Of a stretch of 64,000 nucleotides of DNA, positions 39,190 through 50,749 are shown one piece after another. Source of the DNA: Octopus sinensis (Eukaryota); assembly GCF_006345805.1 (NCBI RefSeq), contig NC_043007.1, positions 37,572,001 through 37,636,000 on the forward strand, in the 5' to 3' direction. Position numbers and translations under genes: made by a program. A model generated the notes under the pieces. That model did no database searches. It was not told where the DNA came from and saw nothing but the letters and a program-made list of their open reading frames with translations. How positions within the stretch are numbered: position 1 is the first letter of the stretch; every line of letters starts with the position of its first letter.

Positions 39190-39545
39190 TGACTGTGTGA
39201 GAAGCAGTTTGCTTCCAAACCATATGGCTTAGGGTTCCAACCCAATGTGTGGCACCTTGGCCAAGTGTCTTTTATTACAGCCCTGGATTAATCAAAGCCA
39301 AGTGGATTTAGTAGTCAGAAACTGTAAGAAGCCTGTTGTGTATGTCTGTGTGTGTCTTTAGACTTGTCCCTTACCATCACTTGACAACTGGTGTTAGTTT
39401 GTTTACATCCCAGTGACTTAGTAATTCAGCAAATCAGATGATAAATAAGTACCAGGCTTTACAAAAATAAATACTGGAATCGATTTGTTTCATTAAAACC
39501 CTTCAAGGACATTGCCCCAGCATGGCCACAACCTAAAGACTGAAA
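39190..39545 (+). mobile_element. SINE family A, degenerate
   Basis: gactgtgtgagaagcagtttgc...gtggcaccttggccaagtg...ccccagcatggccaca...actgaaacaagtaaaag. Confidence 0.75.
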
Positions 39546-40152
39546 CAAGTAAAAGATTGAAGATAAAAGCTTGTTCTCAAGATACAAAATTGTTTTTACC
39601 AGATCTTGCTTCATTAGAAGCCCTTAAAGGTAATTTGATAATTCAGTACAGGAAACAGCTTAGTATCTGTGAAATTGGAAATTTTAGTGTATTATATTAC
39701 AATTTACATCTAGTCCACAGTCAACGTCAATATATTTTTACTGAATTTGTCTCAAGTGACATACAGTAATTGCTTCTGACTCTACAACCCCTACCTCAAT
39801 TCACAACAAAATACCTTCAATAAGATATGAACTCACTCAAGATTTATGAGCTAGTCATCTATCTTAAACCATATCAACTTGCTAGTTTGTATTTACAAGT
39901 ATATAATTAAGTACAAAAATGGGATATATTTTCGCGGCTGTTAGCAGCAGGAATACTGTATAAAATGATGTTTCATTAGCTTGCAGTGCTGTGTTATATC
40001 CTCAAAGGGGTATACGTTAGAAAATGATATGTTCCACCTGACTGATTTTATGCAGTGTATCTAGTGCAAATCAAAGTCTTCAGAGGTGCATTAGCAACCC
40101 AATATCTATTGGAATTCAGGAATTCATTCATATATGTGTGTGAGAGTGTGTT

Positions 40153-40186
<34 letters not shown>

Positions 40187-40187
40187 C

Positions 40188-40218
<31 letters not shown>

Positions 40219-40457
40219 TATATACATATGTATGTATATATATATATTTAGAATAATTTCTCCATGGATTGAATATGATAACTGCATATGAATAAGTACA
40301 TAGATTACTTGAAAATATGTATGTATGTACACGTGTGTGTGTGCAAAAGTATATCTATGCTTGGATGAATATATATCAGATTTTATTCTAATAAGATTTT
40401 TGCATGCATGTGCATATGTGTATATATACATGCATGTTATATAACAGGAGCTATATG

Positions 40458-40523
<66 letters not shown>

Positions 40524-41629
40524 ATACATACAGATATACAAAGAAATATATTGTTCTCGAAATGCAATGACTCCATGTGCCCTGAGAAGAAAGCAACTGG
40601 CAGAGTTAAACCATACTTATATACAGAAAGGCATACACACACTGAAAGACAAATATGTAAGTATGTACACACATACATTCATACATACATACATAATTTT
40701 AAAGAGTACCCAAGAGTTTCCCTCTAAAAGAAATGAATGAGAATGCTTGTAGCAAGAAACAGTAAAGTTTTGAACTCTGAAATATGAATATATGCTACAA
40801 TCTGAAAATTGAGTACTTTCCTTCAAAGAATCAGACTATAAAAAAAACTACCCTGCAACTGTGTATGTAGGGTTTGTGCATACATTGGTCTATAAATGCA
40901 AGTATATGTATACAGATTCATGTGCTCATATATGAGTGTGAACAGAGACAGAGAGAGTGTATGTGTGTATATAAATATATCTATGTATATATATATATTT
41001 ATATTTATAGATGTGCATGTTCTTAAGTTTGTTTTAGCCATCATATATACAGCCATGCCAGAGTAGTACCCGTATATGTATGTGTGCATGTATGGAAAGC
41101 ATATAACTATATAGATATCAATGCATATGTATGTCACTATCTGAGTGCATGTGTGCGTGTGATGAACAGAAAAAGAAGTGCATTTTGAAAGTTTTCCATT
41201 TTAATCATTTGAATTAGTAAGGATTAAGCAAAGCATTATTCACTAAGTGATGAACTTTCCCTAGACAAAATCGAAGGATATCAAATAAAGACCCTGAAGA
41301 AACTGCAGCAATTTTATAGAAGGGTTGCAATTTCAACGGTTACTAAGTGGTGCAACTGAAACATGTGTTGGTCTATGTAAGGCAGAATATAAATTAAAGA
41401 ATTAAAGGTAATGCAATGCAACTTCGTAGAAACCTTTATTATTAACATTAATGCATGTATGTATATGCATATATATATATATATATATATACATACATAT
41501 ATATATACATGTATATATACATATATATAGATACACACACACACACATATATATAGAGATAGATAGATATACATAAATATATATAGATATATATACATAT
41601 AGACATACATACATATAGATATATATATA

Positions 41630-41815
41630 TATATACATGCAGATATACATATATATATATATACATATATATACATGCAGATATACATATATATATACAT
41701 ATATATACATGCAGATATACATATATATATACATATATATACATGCAGATATACATATATATATATACATGCAGATATACATACATATATATACATGCAG
41801 ATATACATACATATA
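41630..41815. repeat. Minisatellite within a TA tract: six catgcagatatac units
   Basis: Units at about 41636, 41674, 41708, 41742, 41768, 41794 (spacing 38, 34, 34, 26, 26) inside the TA-rich block 41450-42000. Confidence 0.85.
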
Positions 41816-42373
41816 TATATACATATAGATAAAAATACACACATTTATATACAAACTTAAGTTTATATATATGTATATATATACACATATATATATATAT
41901 ATACATACATATATCTAAATACAGCATACATATATATACATATATATGCATACATTTATATATAAACATAGGTTTATATATACACACACACACATTGCAT
42001 ATATATTTAATGGTTCAGTATGAATCAGATTGGTGCATGTATGAACCCCCTTGTACAAAAATACACTTGTTGCATCTTCATTTGCATTTTCTTTAGGAAA
42101 CATAACGTGCATACATACAAACACACACATCTACGTATGGATATATGTGCGTATGGGTTGTAATACTCTCAGGGAGAAGAGAAGAGAGAAGAAAAGAGGT
42201 AGACACAGAGAAGACAACTATAATTGATGGGGCTGACTCATGCAGCAAGAGATATAGGGAACCTATTTCTCGACCAATCGGATATTGGGGCGCACTTTCA
42301 CAAAACAACCAATATGTAAGTACAATACACACACAATTTGCATACTAATTTGTGTGTGTGTGTGTGTCTGTGT

Positions 42374-42426
<53 letters not shown>

Positions 42427-42572
42427 GAAAAATATATTTGCACACACATGTGCAAATATCTACACACACACACACGTGTGCATATAATTAACAGGTTAAT
42501 CCCTCAATATAGAGGATCACTATTTATTTTAATAGGTTTAGATTTAGGTTTATATATATATATTATATATAT

Positions 42573-42606
<34 letters not shown>

Positions 42607-42699
42607 GGGAGAGAGAAGGAAATACCACGTCGAAATAATAATAATAATAATGATACCACATGGACAATAATTAATAATTTGGAGTGACAGATTGTGGAG

Positions 42700-43500
42700 A
42701 GAGAGAAAGGAGGGGGGTGAAAAGGAAGGGATGGCTTTATGGCTGTAATCGAATCATGGGGTTTCTGTTATAGACTTACACGCTACATACACAACGTAAT
42801 GTAACGTAATCCTCACCAAAAGTCGTAATGGCGTCTACTACTGGAAAGAAAGCCTTTCAAAGCGATCGAAGAGGGGGTGGGGTGGGTGAATAAGGGACAC
42901 GTATATTTTAACAAGAGGAAGCTGGCGAATAACAGTGGAATGAGAAGGAAGGAAGGAAGGAAGGAAGAAAGAATGATGCCGACATCGGCAAGGTGCATGC
43001 AATGATGCCGCTTTGCTGTGTCTGACACAACGGCATTACACCACAGACAGACAGACACAGACAAACAACCAAGCACACGGATACAGAGGCAAGGCAAGTC
43101 TTGTGTTCGTTCGGTGTGTCTCGTGAGCGAGTCGTCTCGCTGCTTGAAAAGGCATCGATACAGTCAAGTTCGAGCAGCAGCGATGGTAGTGATGGCGGTG
43201 GTGGTGGTGGTGATGGTAGTGGTGGTGAGGGTGAGGGTGGTGGGGGAAACAGGAAGAAGAATGCCAGGAATAGTTCTTGGTATTCGGCATCCAACTCAAC
43301 TCGACTCGACTCAACCCTTGATGATCCAGGGACACCTGTGACCCCAAGGCATGTTGCCAGCCGTGACAATCGCGTCTTTTATTTAGTGTGTCTTGTGATC
43401 ATTATCCTACGAAGGAGATTTCACTGTCATTTCTACCAGGTCGAGCAACCGCATAGAGACACTCTCTTTGGCTCGTGACAAAACTGTTATCGGTTTAATT
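42700..43500 (-). promoter_or_regulatory. CpG-rich intronic segment, candidate internal promoter and 5' UTR exon
   Basis: High CpG and GC content, a strong - strand donor at 42816, several short upstream ATG ORFs, and a sharp CpG drop at lower coordinates. Confidence 0.4.
42817..42840 (-). other. Candidate 24-nt microexon, or 3' end of an alternative first exon, of the LRR gene
   Basis: ggctttctttccag|TAGTAGACGCCATTACGACTTTTG|gtgagg; sits at the edge of a CpG-rich segment 42700-43500. Confidence 0.45.
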
Positions 43501-43606
43501 AGGAAACTAGTGGAATGTTCACACTCTCAGACTCTCTTTCTCTCTCTCTCCAATAAATATAAATTCTATACTATATGAGAGTTCTTCCTTTTAATTTGTA
43601 AACAAA

Positions 43607-43664
<58 letters not shown>

Positions 43665-43673
43665 ATATATATC

Positions 43674-43707
<34 letters not shown>

Positions 43708-43790
43708 GTGTGTGTGTGTGTGTGTGTGTTGTGTGTGGTGTGTGTGTGTGTGTGTATGCGTGCATGTATGAGTATATAATATATATATAT

Positions 43791-44200
43791 ATTATATAAA
43801 AGGGCTTAGTAAAATAAATTACTTTGCCGCATACTGAACTCATTAGAAATAGCAGCCAAAAAACTTTTTTAAAAGCTATTTCTAATACTTAAAGAAAATC
43901 TCTCTCATATATAGTGTTTGCTTAATTCAACTCACAAATACTTAGAGTTGAATACAATACTTTGTGAGTTGAATTAAGCAAACACTATATATGAGAGAGA
44001 TTTTCTTTAAGTATTAGAAATAGCTTTTAAAAAAGTTTTTTGGCTGCTATTTCTAATGAGTTCAGTATGCGGCAAAGTAATTTATTTTACTAAGCCCTTT
44101 TATATAATGTAATAATTTGATTCGCCTTGAATGGTCCCTTTGCATACTGAACACTTGGTGAAATTGATTAATAATTAATTAATTTTGCCCTCAATTGTTG

Positions 44201-44201
<1 letters not shown>
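43791..44201. repeat. (TA)n-embedded hairpin element: perfect 148-bp inverted arms plus tail
   Basis: 43791-43938 is the exact reverse complement of 43961-44108 (22-nt loop); tail acttggtgaaatt...attaattaattttgccctcaattgttga. Confidence 0.92.
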
Positions 44202-44244
<43 letters not shown>

Positions 44245-44264
44245 CATACCTACAAAAGTGTGCC

Positions 44265-44962
44265 CTCCCCCACCGACTTTGTTTCCTCATAACTTCCAGA
44301 AAAATGGATATTTTCTGATGAAATTTTCAACAAATACCCTTCAGATCATATAGATTCCGATTATATCGGAATTTATTATTAAAACAATTTCCATGGCCGG
44401 GGAAAAGTCTTTGGGAAAATTTACACGAGTTGGTTTTGTTTCCTAAAAACTTTCAGAAAAATGGGTTATTATTCGATGAAATTTACTATAAATACCTTTC
44501 AGATTGTATAGATAAGAATTATATCGGAATTTAATATGAAAGGGAAAAATTGGTGGTCTCGTACACATACACACTAACATACATAGCATATATCTAGAAA
44601 ATGAAACTTGAAATTTCTAAAAAAAAATTGGAATATGTCAATATGTGTGCGCGTGCATTTTTGTCGTCATACCAAATTCCAACATAATTGTAATTTGCAC
44701 ATTCTGAAAGGTATTTGTAGAAAATTTCATATAAAAACCCATTTTTCTGAAAGTTACTAGGAAACAAAGCCGACTCATACGAATTTTCTGAAACTCCTCT
44801 CCCCACTCCATGGGAGTTTCTTTTTTGTTTTTGGTTTTTTTTTTTCCACAACAAATTCCAATATAATTGGAATCAACACCAACTGAAGTGTATTTGTGGA
44901 GCATTTCATTAACAAAAATATCCATTTTTCTGGAAGTTACGAGGAAACAAAGTCGGAGGTGG
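44265..44962. mobile_element. Modular foldback element (a1-a2-spacer-a2'-a1')
   Basis: ccgactttgtttcctcataacttccagaaaaatggatatt... (44273) pairs with ...atatccatttttctggaagttacgaggaaacaaagtcgg (44956); an inner related module 44425-44540 pairs with 44670-44780. Confidence 0.75.
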
Positions 44963-45119
44963 CAACTTCTGTATACACATACATACATACATGAGAAATA
45001 GAACTCAATACGCAAAGTAGAACAAATATTTATTTATGAGCTGTAAAGCTACATATGTGGCATACAGAGGAAATAGACGGATATATTATTAGACAAGACA
45101 GAAAGACCAGACGAGACAA

Positions 45120-45150
<31 letters not shown>

Positions 45151-45159
45151 ATATATATA

Positions 45160-45239
<80 letters not shown>

Positions 45240-45250
45240 GATATATAAAC

Positions 45251-45317
<67 letters not shown>

Positions 45318-45320
45318 GGA
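45120..45320. repeat. Compound microsatellite (TA)n(GA)n(TAGA)n
   Basis: Direct reading; similar (TAGA)n at 42375-42424. Confidence 0.95.
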
Positions 45321-47207
45321 AGATTTTTGGATAACCGACATGTCACGGGGATATGTTGGCAGAGAAAGAAAGGTGGGAGGGGCGAGTGTAATGGTGAGAG
45401 AGAGAGAGAAAAAGAGAGAATGAACAAAGATGTAGAGTAAGAAAGAAAAGGGACAATAAGAACAAGTTAAGAGAATGGGAAGAAAGGAAAATATGTAGGA
45501 GAGGAACAGAAAGAACGGGAAATCACACACACACACACATACACACAACCTGATTCGGAGACGGTTACAGGGCAAGAAGTTACCTATCACCGTTATAGCT
45601 GCTAAAGCACATCTCGATACACAAAAACACAGAAACCTGTGTCCAAAACCCAGTTTGCTTTACTTTTTTTGTTCTAGTCACAATCTCCTCTTCGTTTAAT
45701 ATACCACAGCAAAGCCATACATACAAACCATCTAGCTTTCGGTGTGTTTATACATCCCTCAATCCCTCTATCAATCAATACACAGCCTCCATCACCCTCG
45801 CTTTCCTTCCTCTTCGATCAGTCGTGTCAACAATAAATTTTGTTTTAAAAACTGTATTTCACCACTTCATATAACAACGGTGTCACCAGGTGCCACCAAT
45901 TTGAGTATCACGCTATACTCAGATAATTTAATGTTTATTATTAAATATTAGTGAGGTGTGGGGAGGAGGAAATCATTATCTTCATCTTATATTATTATCA
46001 AGGCGATAGTAGAAGCGGTAGAGCGCCAGACAAAGACCACCTTGCGGTATTAGTCACGTCCCATTTACGTTGTACACTGCCGAGGTCGATAAAACGAGTA
46101 CTAACTAGCCAGACACTGGGTTGATATAACCGACTGTATTTTCCCCTTAAAAAAGTGCGACCTTGTTTAAAAATCACTTTCCTAAGTAGTTAAATGTTTT
46201 GGGTTTTTTGTTTTAAAATTTGCCCTTTACTAAATAAAGAAAACCGCTTTCTCTTTCCTCTTCTTCCCGGGGTCAATACGATACAGTACACGTTAACCGA
46301 TGGCATTCTTTCGGCTTGTGATCGTAAACTGAATGAAAGTAGGAATTATTATTGACAGTTTGTCTGTGTCCACGCGGGCGTGTCGAATAGGCACACATCC
46401 ACCAAATTTTTTGTGTTTGTTAGTTTTTTGTGATCTTGAAATTCTTTGGATTCTTGCTTCCAACAATGGAGATCACGATTTTACCACCGCCACCACCACC
46501 CATAAAATAACAACAAAACCATATTTTCATACCACCCTCATTGTTTTTTAAAACTTTTTCCGATTTTCACTTTGGCGGAGAAAGGAGTTCTACGTTTAAA
46601 AATTCGTAGATTACAATATTTTTTTTTTTAAATGTAATTCAATTTTTTTCTCCTTTTTCCTTTCAAAATTTCAGTGCTAACGATTACTTTCACTTTCGAT
46701 TCGTAGTTCTAAACCGAAAATAAAAATACTTTAATCGACTAAATAACAAGTAAAAAAATAACACAATCGGTAGAGAAGCATTCCGAGTTCAAATTAAGCC
46801 GATGTTCAACTTTACCTTACAGAGGCCGATAAAATAAAGTACCAGCCAAGTACTGAAGGTGAAATAATGAATTATAAATACGTCCCCCCAGATTTACGGC
46901 CTTGTGCTAACGCTAGAAATCATTATTAATATACACAATAGAATAAAAGACGAAATCATCTACATACAAAGAATGTATCATTAAGGATTATTATTATTAT
47001 TTAGCCTTCTTCCCTGAAATGACTAGCCTTGTGCCAAAATTTGAAACCATTATTATCACCATCATCATCATCACTCTTTTGTTGATATTTCTTACCATAT
47101 ATACATTTTTTTTTATCGTTCTACTTTATATGTAAATCCCAATCTTTATGCCCGTCTTTGTATTGTCTCCCACACCCGTCGCCCCGGTGGCAAATAAAAG
47201 AAATTAA

Positions 47208-47239
<32 letters not shown>

Positions 47240-47705
47240 GGTCTTAGAGAAAGCCAATGAACTCTACACAATCTCGTTCGTCTATCGGAAAGTGTGATGG
47301 AAGCCGTGTGCCTTTATAAGCAACCACTACCACCAACACACGCATCACTATCATCGCCATTCACCAGCATCATTATCATCATCATGTACTAATACACCGA
47401 AGCCGAATCACTTGACTATATACTCTCCTATCCATCTCCATGAACACACACACACACACACACATACATACACAGTTAACAAAAATCGGTCTCGTGCCTG
47501 GCCAGAAAGAAAACCATCAAGAATTTATTATAAATACTTTTTATTATTTATTAACTGAAGTGAGAGTGATCGAGGCAGGATTTCACAATCACCGTGATCT
47601 TTTTTTCTTTCCTGTGTGGCTATCTTCCCTATTTCCTTTATATTTACTCTTTATTTTGGTTCTAAAAGACGCTTTTTTTTTTTTTATCACACTTTACAAA
47701 TATCG

Positions 47706-47766
<61 letters not shown>

Positions 47767-48860
47767 TTATATATATATATTCATTCATCTTTCTGGGGTT
47801 TTTTGTTTGTATTTTCGTAACATTAACTTCATTCATTGCCCTTGTGACAGAAAAAAAAAAAAAACTAAATAAATCTTTATCCTCCTCCTCCTCCTACACC
47901 TCTACATCATTATCATCATCATCATTATCGTTGGTTCGTTTACATCACGTGCTTTCATTTTCTGTGTTTATGTTTGCTGATTCGATGTTAGATCGATGAT
48001 GGGGGTGAGAGGATCGTGATAACTACGAAGATGATGATGATGATGATGGTGGTCGTGGTGGTGGTAATGACTACAGTGGGTGATGTTGGCGACGGCGACA
48101 ATTTCATAATTGCGCACGAATCACGAGAATTACAAAAACCGATTTCTTTTGAAGAAGCACGAGGAACGCATATTTATAGGAAGGGGGAGGAGGGGGAGGG
48201 GCGGCGGCGGCGGGGTGAATGACTGCGATGGAACAAGAAACACGGTGACGTTCATGCCTTTTTCTAAGTATAATACAAGGCGATTTCAGTGAAGTGATAA
48301 TGAGTGACTCCAGTTAGCAAATCAATAAACAGGGTCGCAGACATTGTACACCGGGTGTTTATACGGAGACCGTCTCCGGCAAAAAAAAATTTTAAAAAAC
48401 CATAAGGCTTGTGATTTGGGGGGACGACGAATAGGTTTAGCTGATCAAATCCGACCCTAATACAGGGGTTGATTTATCGATTTTCCGGAACCTTTAGTTC
48501 CAAAGTCGTTCCAGATTACCGGAATTTTCCGAACTTGGAGTGGTCACATCGGTCAATACGCTCTAAATTAAAATAGATATTAATTTTATTTAAATAATTA
48601 AATGAAATACAGATACTTCTACATTAGTATAAATTATACAAGTTTGTTACTACTGTTGTATGCAAGGTACTATCAAACTAATCTGGTGACCGCGGGAATT
48701 TGAAGTTTCTGCTCGTACATCAGTGCGGACTCTAAGAGGTTCAAGACCATCCAATATCGAGAAAGTTTGTGTTGTGCCTGCCCGTACTATATATTACAAA
48801 CTCCCGAAAAGATGAAAGGTAAATTTGACATCGGCGAGACTTGAAATCAAAATATAGAGA

Positions 48861-49265
48861 GGAGTGGCTGTGTGGTAAGTAGCTTGCTTACCAACCACAT
48901 GGTTCTGGGTTCAGTCCCACAGCGTGGCACCTTGGGCGAGTGTTTTCTACTATAGCCTCTCGGGCCGACCAAAGCCTTGTGAGTGGATTTGATAGACGGA
49001 AACTGAAAGAAGCCCGTCGTATATATCTATATATATATATATATAAGTATGTGTATGTTTCTGTGTCTGTGTTTGTCCCCCCCCCCCAGCATCGCTTGAC
49101 AACCGATGATGGTGTGTTTACGTCCCCGTAACTTATCGGTTCGGCAAAAGAGTCCGATAGAATAAGTATTAGGTTTACAAAGAATAAGTCCTGGGGTCGA
49201 TTTGCTCGACTAAAGGCGGTGCTCCAGCATGGCCACAGTCAAATGACTGAAACAAGTAAAAAGTA
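48861..49265 (+). mobile_element. SINE family A, full length, CpG-intact reference copy
   Basis: A-box-like tggctgtgtgg, B-box-like ggttcagtccc, internal TA/TG linker, tail gaaacaagtaaaaagta. Confidence 0.9.
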
Positions 49266-49320
49266 ATCCAGAGGAAATGTCGCATGGTATTAAATCCAAT
49301 ACTCTAATTTCTTATTTCAT

Positions 49321-49502
49321 AGAGGGGACAAACAAGGACAGACAAACGGATTAAGTCGATTACATCGACCCCAATGCGTAACTGGTTCTTAATTTATCGA
49401 CCCCGAAATGAAGAAAGGCAAAGTCGACCTCGGCGGAATTTGAACTCAGAACGTAGCGGCAGACGTGCCCGGCGTGCTAACGTTTCTACCAGCTCGCCGC
49501 CT
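49321..49502 (-). mobile_element. SINE family B, CpG-intact, small internal deletion
   Basis: gtcgacctcggcggaatttgaactcagaacgtagcggcagacg...gctcgccgcc. Confidence 0.85.
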
Positions 49503-49805
49503 TCTAATTTCCAATACTCTAATTTCTACCAACCTATCGCCTTTCGAAACTGTTTCTAATTTAGGCAAAAAGGCTAGTAATTTTGGAGAACAGGAATTGC
49601 ACTGAAAAAGTTAAGAGCCAGTACAAAAACAGCAAGCCAGTTAATGGAACGATCAACGTATTCTGCCAACCCTGATTCCTAAAAGAACATAGATTTTTTT
49701 AGTGAGAAAGTACAAAGCCAAATCAGTAATTGGTACTGAAGTGATCGAGTTTGGATGGCAAGTTTAACTATAGTATGATACGAACTGTGAACAAACATTG
49801 AAGTA

Positions 49806-50024
49806 ATCTATTATATAAAATCCGTTCTGTCTGTGTGTGTGTGTGTCTTCTAGGATCTCGGGCATCCTCCATCCGATTGCGCTCAAATTTGATATGTAGA
49901 TACCGACGGTATCAGGGCGTGTATAAATTACAAAAATCGATTCCAGGTGAGAGCGCGATCGATAAAGCCGTGGGAACGTGTATTTGACGCGCAAGTACAT
50001 CAGTTGAAATTCGTCTTTTGCTAG
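49806..50024 (+). mobile_element. Probable Helitron-type fragment
   Basis: Starts a|tctattatataaaatccgttctgtctgtgtg, like the 52143 element; a CTAG|t occurs at 50021-50024 but without a clear hairpin. Confidence 0.4.
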
Positions 50025-50045
50025 TGTCTCAAATTTAGGTTAAAT

Positions 50046-50105
50046 CAGCGTTTCTCAAAGGGGAGGCCTATGGGACGGTCGGACAAGTTGTTTTGAGAAA
50101 ATTTG
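50046..50105. mobile_element. 60-bp hAT-type mini element
   Basis: TIRs cagcgtttctcaaa / tttgagaaaatttg; flanks ggttaaat and gtttaaat (7/8 TSD match). Confidence 0.6.
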
Positions 50106-50269
50106 GTTTAAATGTTTGACAACTCAGCATCGTCCATTGGATGGGGGGCATTTTGCTCGTATACATATATACATAGATATATACACACATACACGTATAC
50201 TTTAAGTAGTACACTCACACATAGGTGTGTGTGTGTAGTAATATACAATCAAGTATATCTTGTTCCAGT

Positions 50270-50521
50270 CAGTTTAGTCGGCGACTAAAACAGCACCTGC
50301 AGCAGGTCGACCGTTTGAGGAAATTGCTAGAAACCCAGCAGGACAAAAATCGAGACTTGGCCAAAGGACAGATAAAATCGAGCAAAGAGTGAACGAACAA
50401 CGTAGCAATGATGCACGAGCACATCGATGGTGAATGTGTGCACTGTAAAACCACTTGGGAAGTGATGGGAAACTACTATGAATCCAAACCATTACTGTCC
50501 TGCGGATACCTTTGGTTGTGA
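50270..50521 (+). pseudogene. Possible decayed coding fragment (coiled-coil-like), antisense within intron 1
   Basis: After acceptor-like tcttgttccag: QFSRRLKQHLQQVDRLRKLLETQQDKNRDLAKGQIKSSKE* then in frame TNNVAMMHEHIDGECVHCKTTWEVMGNYYESKPLLSCGYLWL*; no family recognised. Confidence 0.25.
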
Positions 50522-50542
50522 AAGACTAGGCGATGGAATACC

Positions 50543-50749
50543 TATTTCTTTATTACCCACAAGGGGCTAAACACAGAGGGGACAAACAAGGACAGACATG
50601 GGTATTAAGTCGATTACATTGACCCCAGTACGTAACTGGTACTTAATTTATCGATCCCGAAAGGATGAAAGGCAAAGTTGACCTCGGCGGAATTTGAACT
50701 CACAACGTAACGACAGACGAAATACGGCTAACGTTTCTGCCAGCTCGCC
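50543..50749 (-). mobile_element. SINE family B flanked by a 13-bp direct repeat
   Basis: gcgatggaatacc at 50530-50542 and 50750-50762. Confidence 0.85.

Noticed and set aside
42908-43478. Long Gly/Ser-, Pro- and His-rich ORFs in several frames (including an apparent MGSQVS myristoylation start)
   Set aside because: Driven by (GGT)n-type repeats; the starts are TTG/GTG, not ATG; no in-phase splice links to the main frame
48861-48920. tRNA-like A/B boxes at SINE heads
   Set aside because: No complete cloverleaf; they continue into SINE bodies, so they are not tRNA genes
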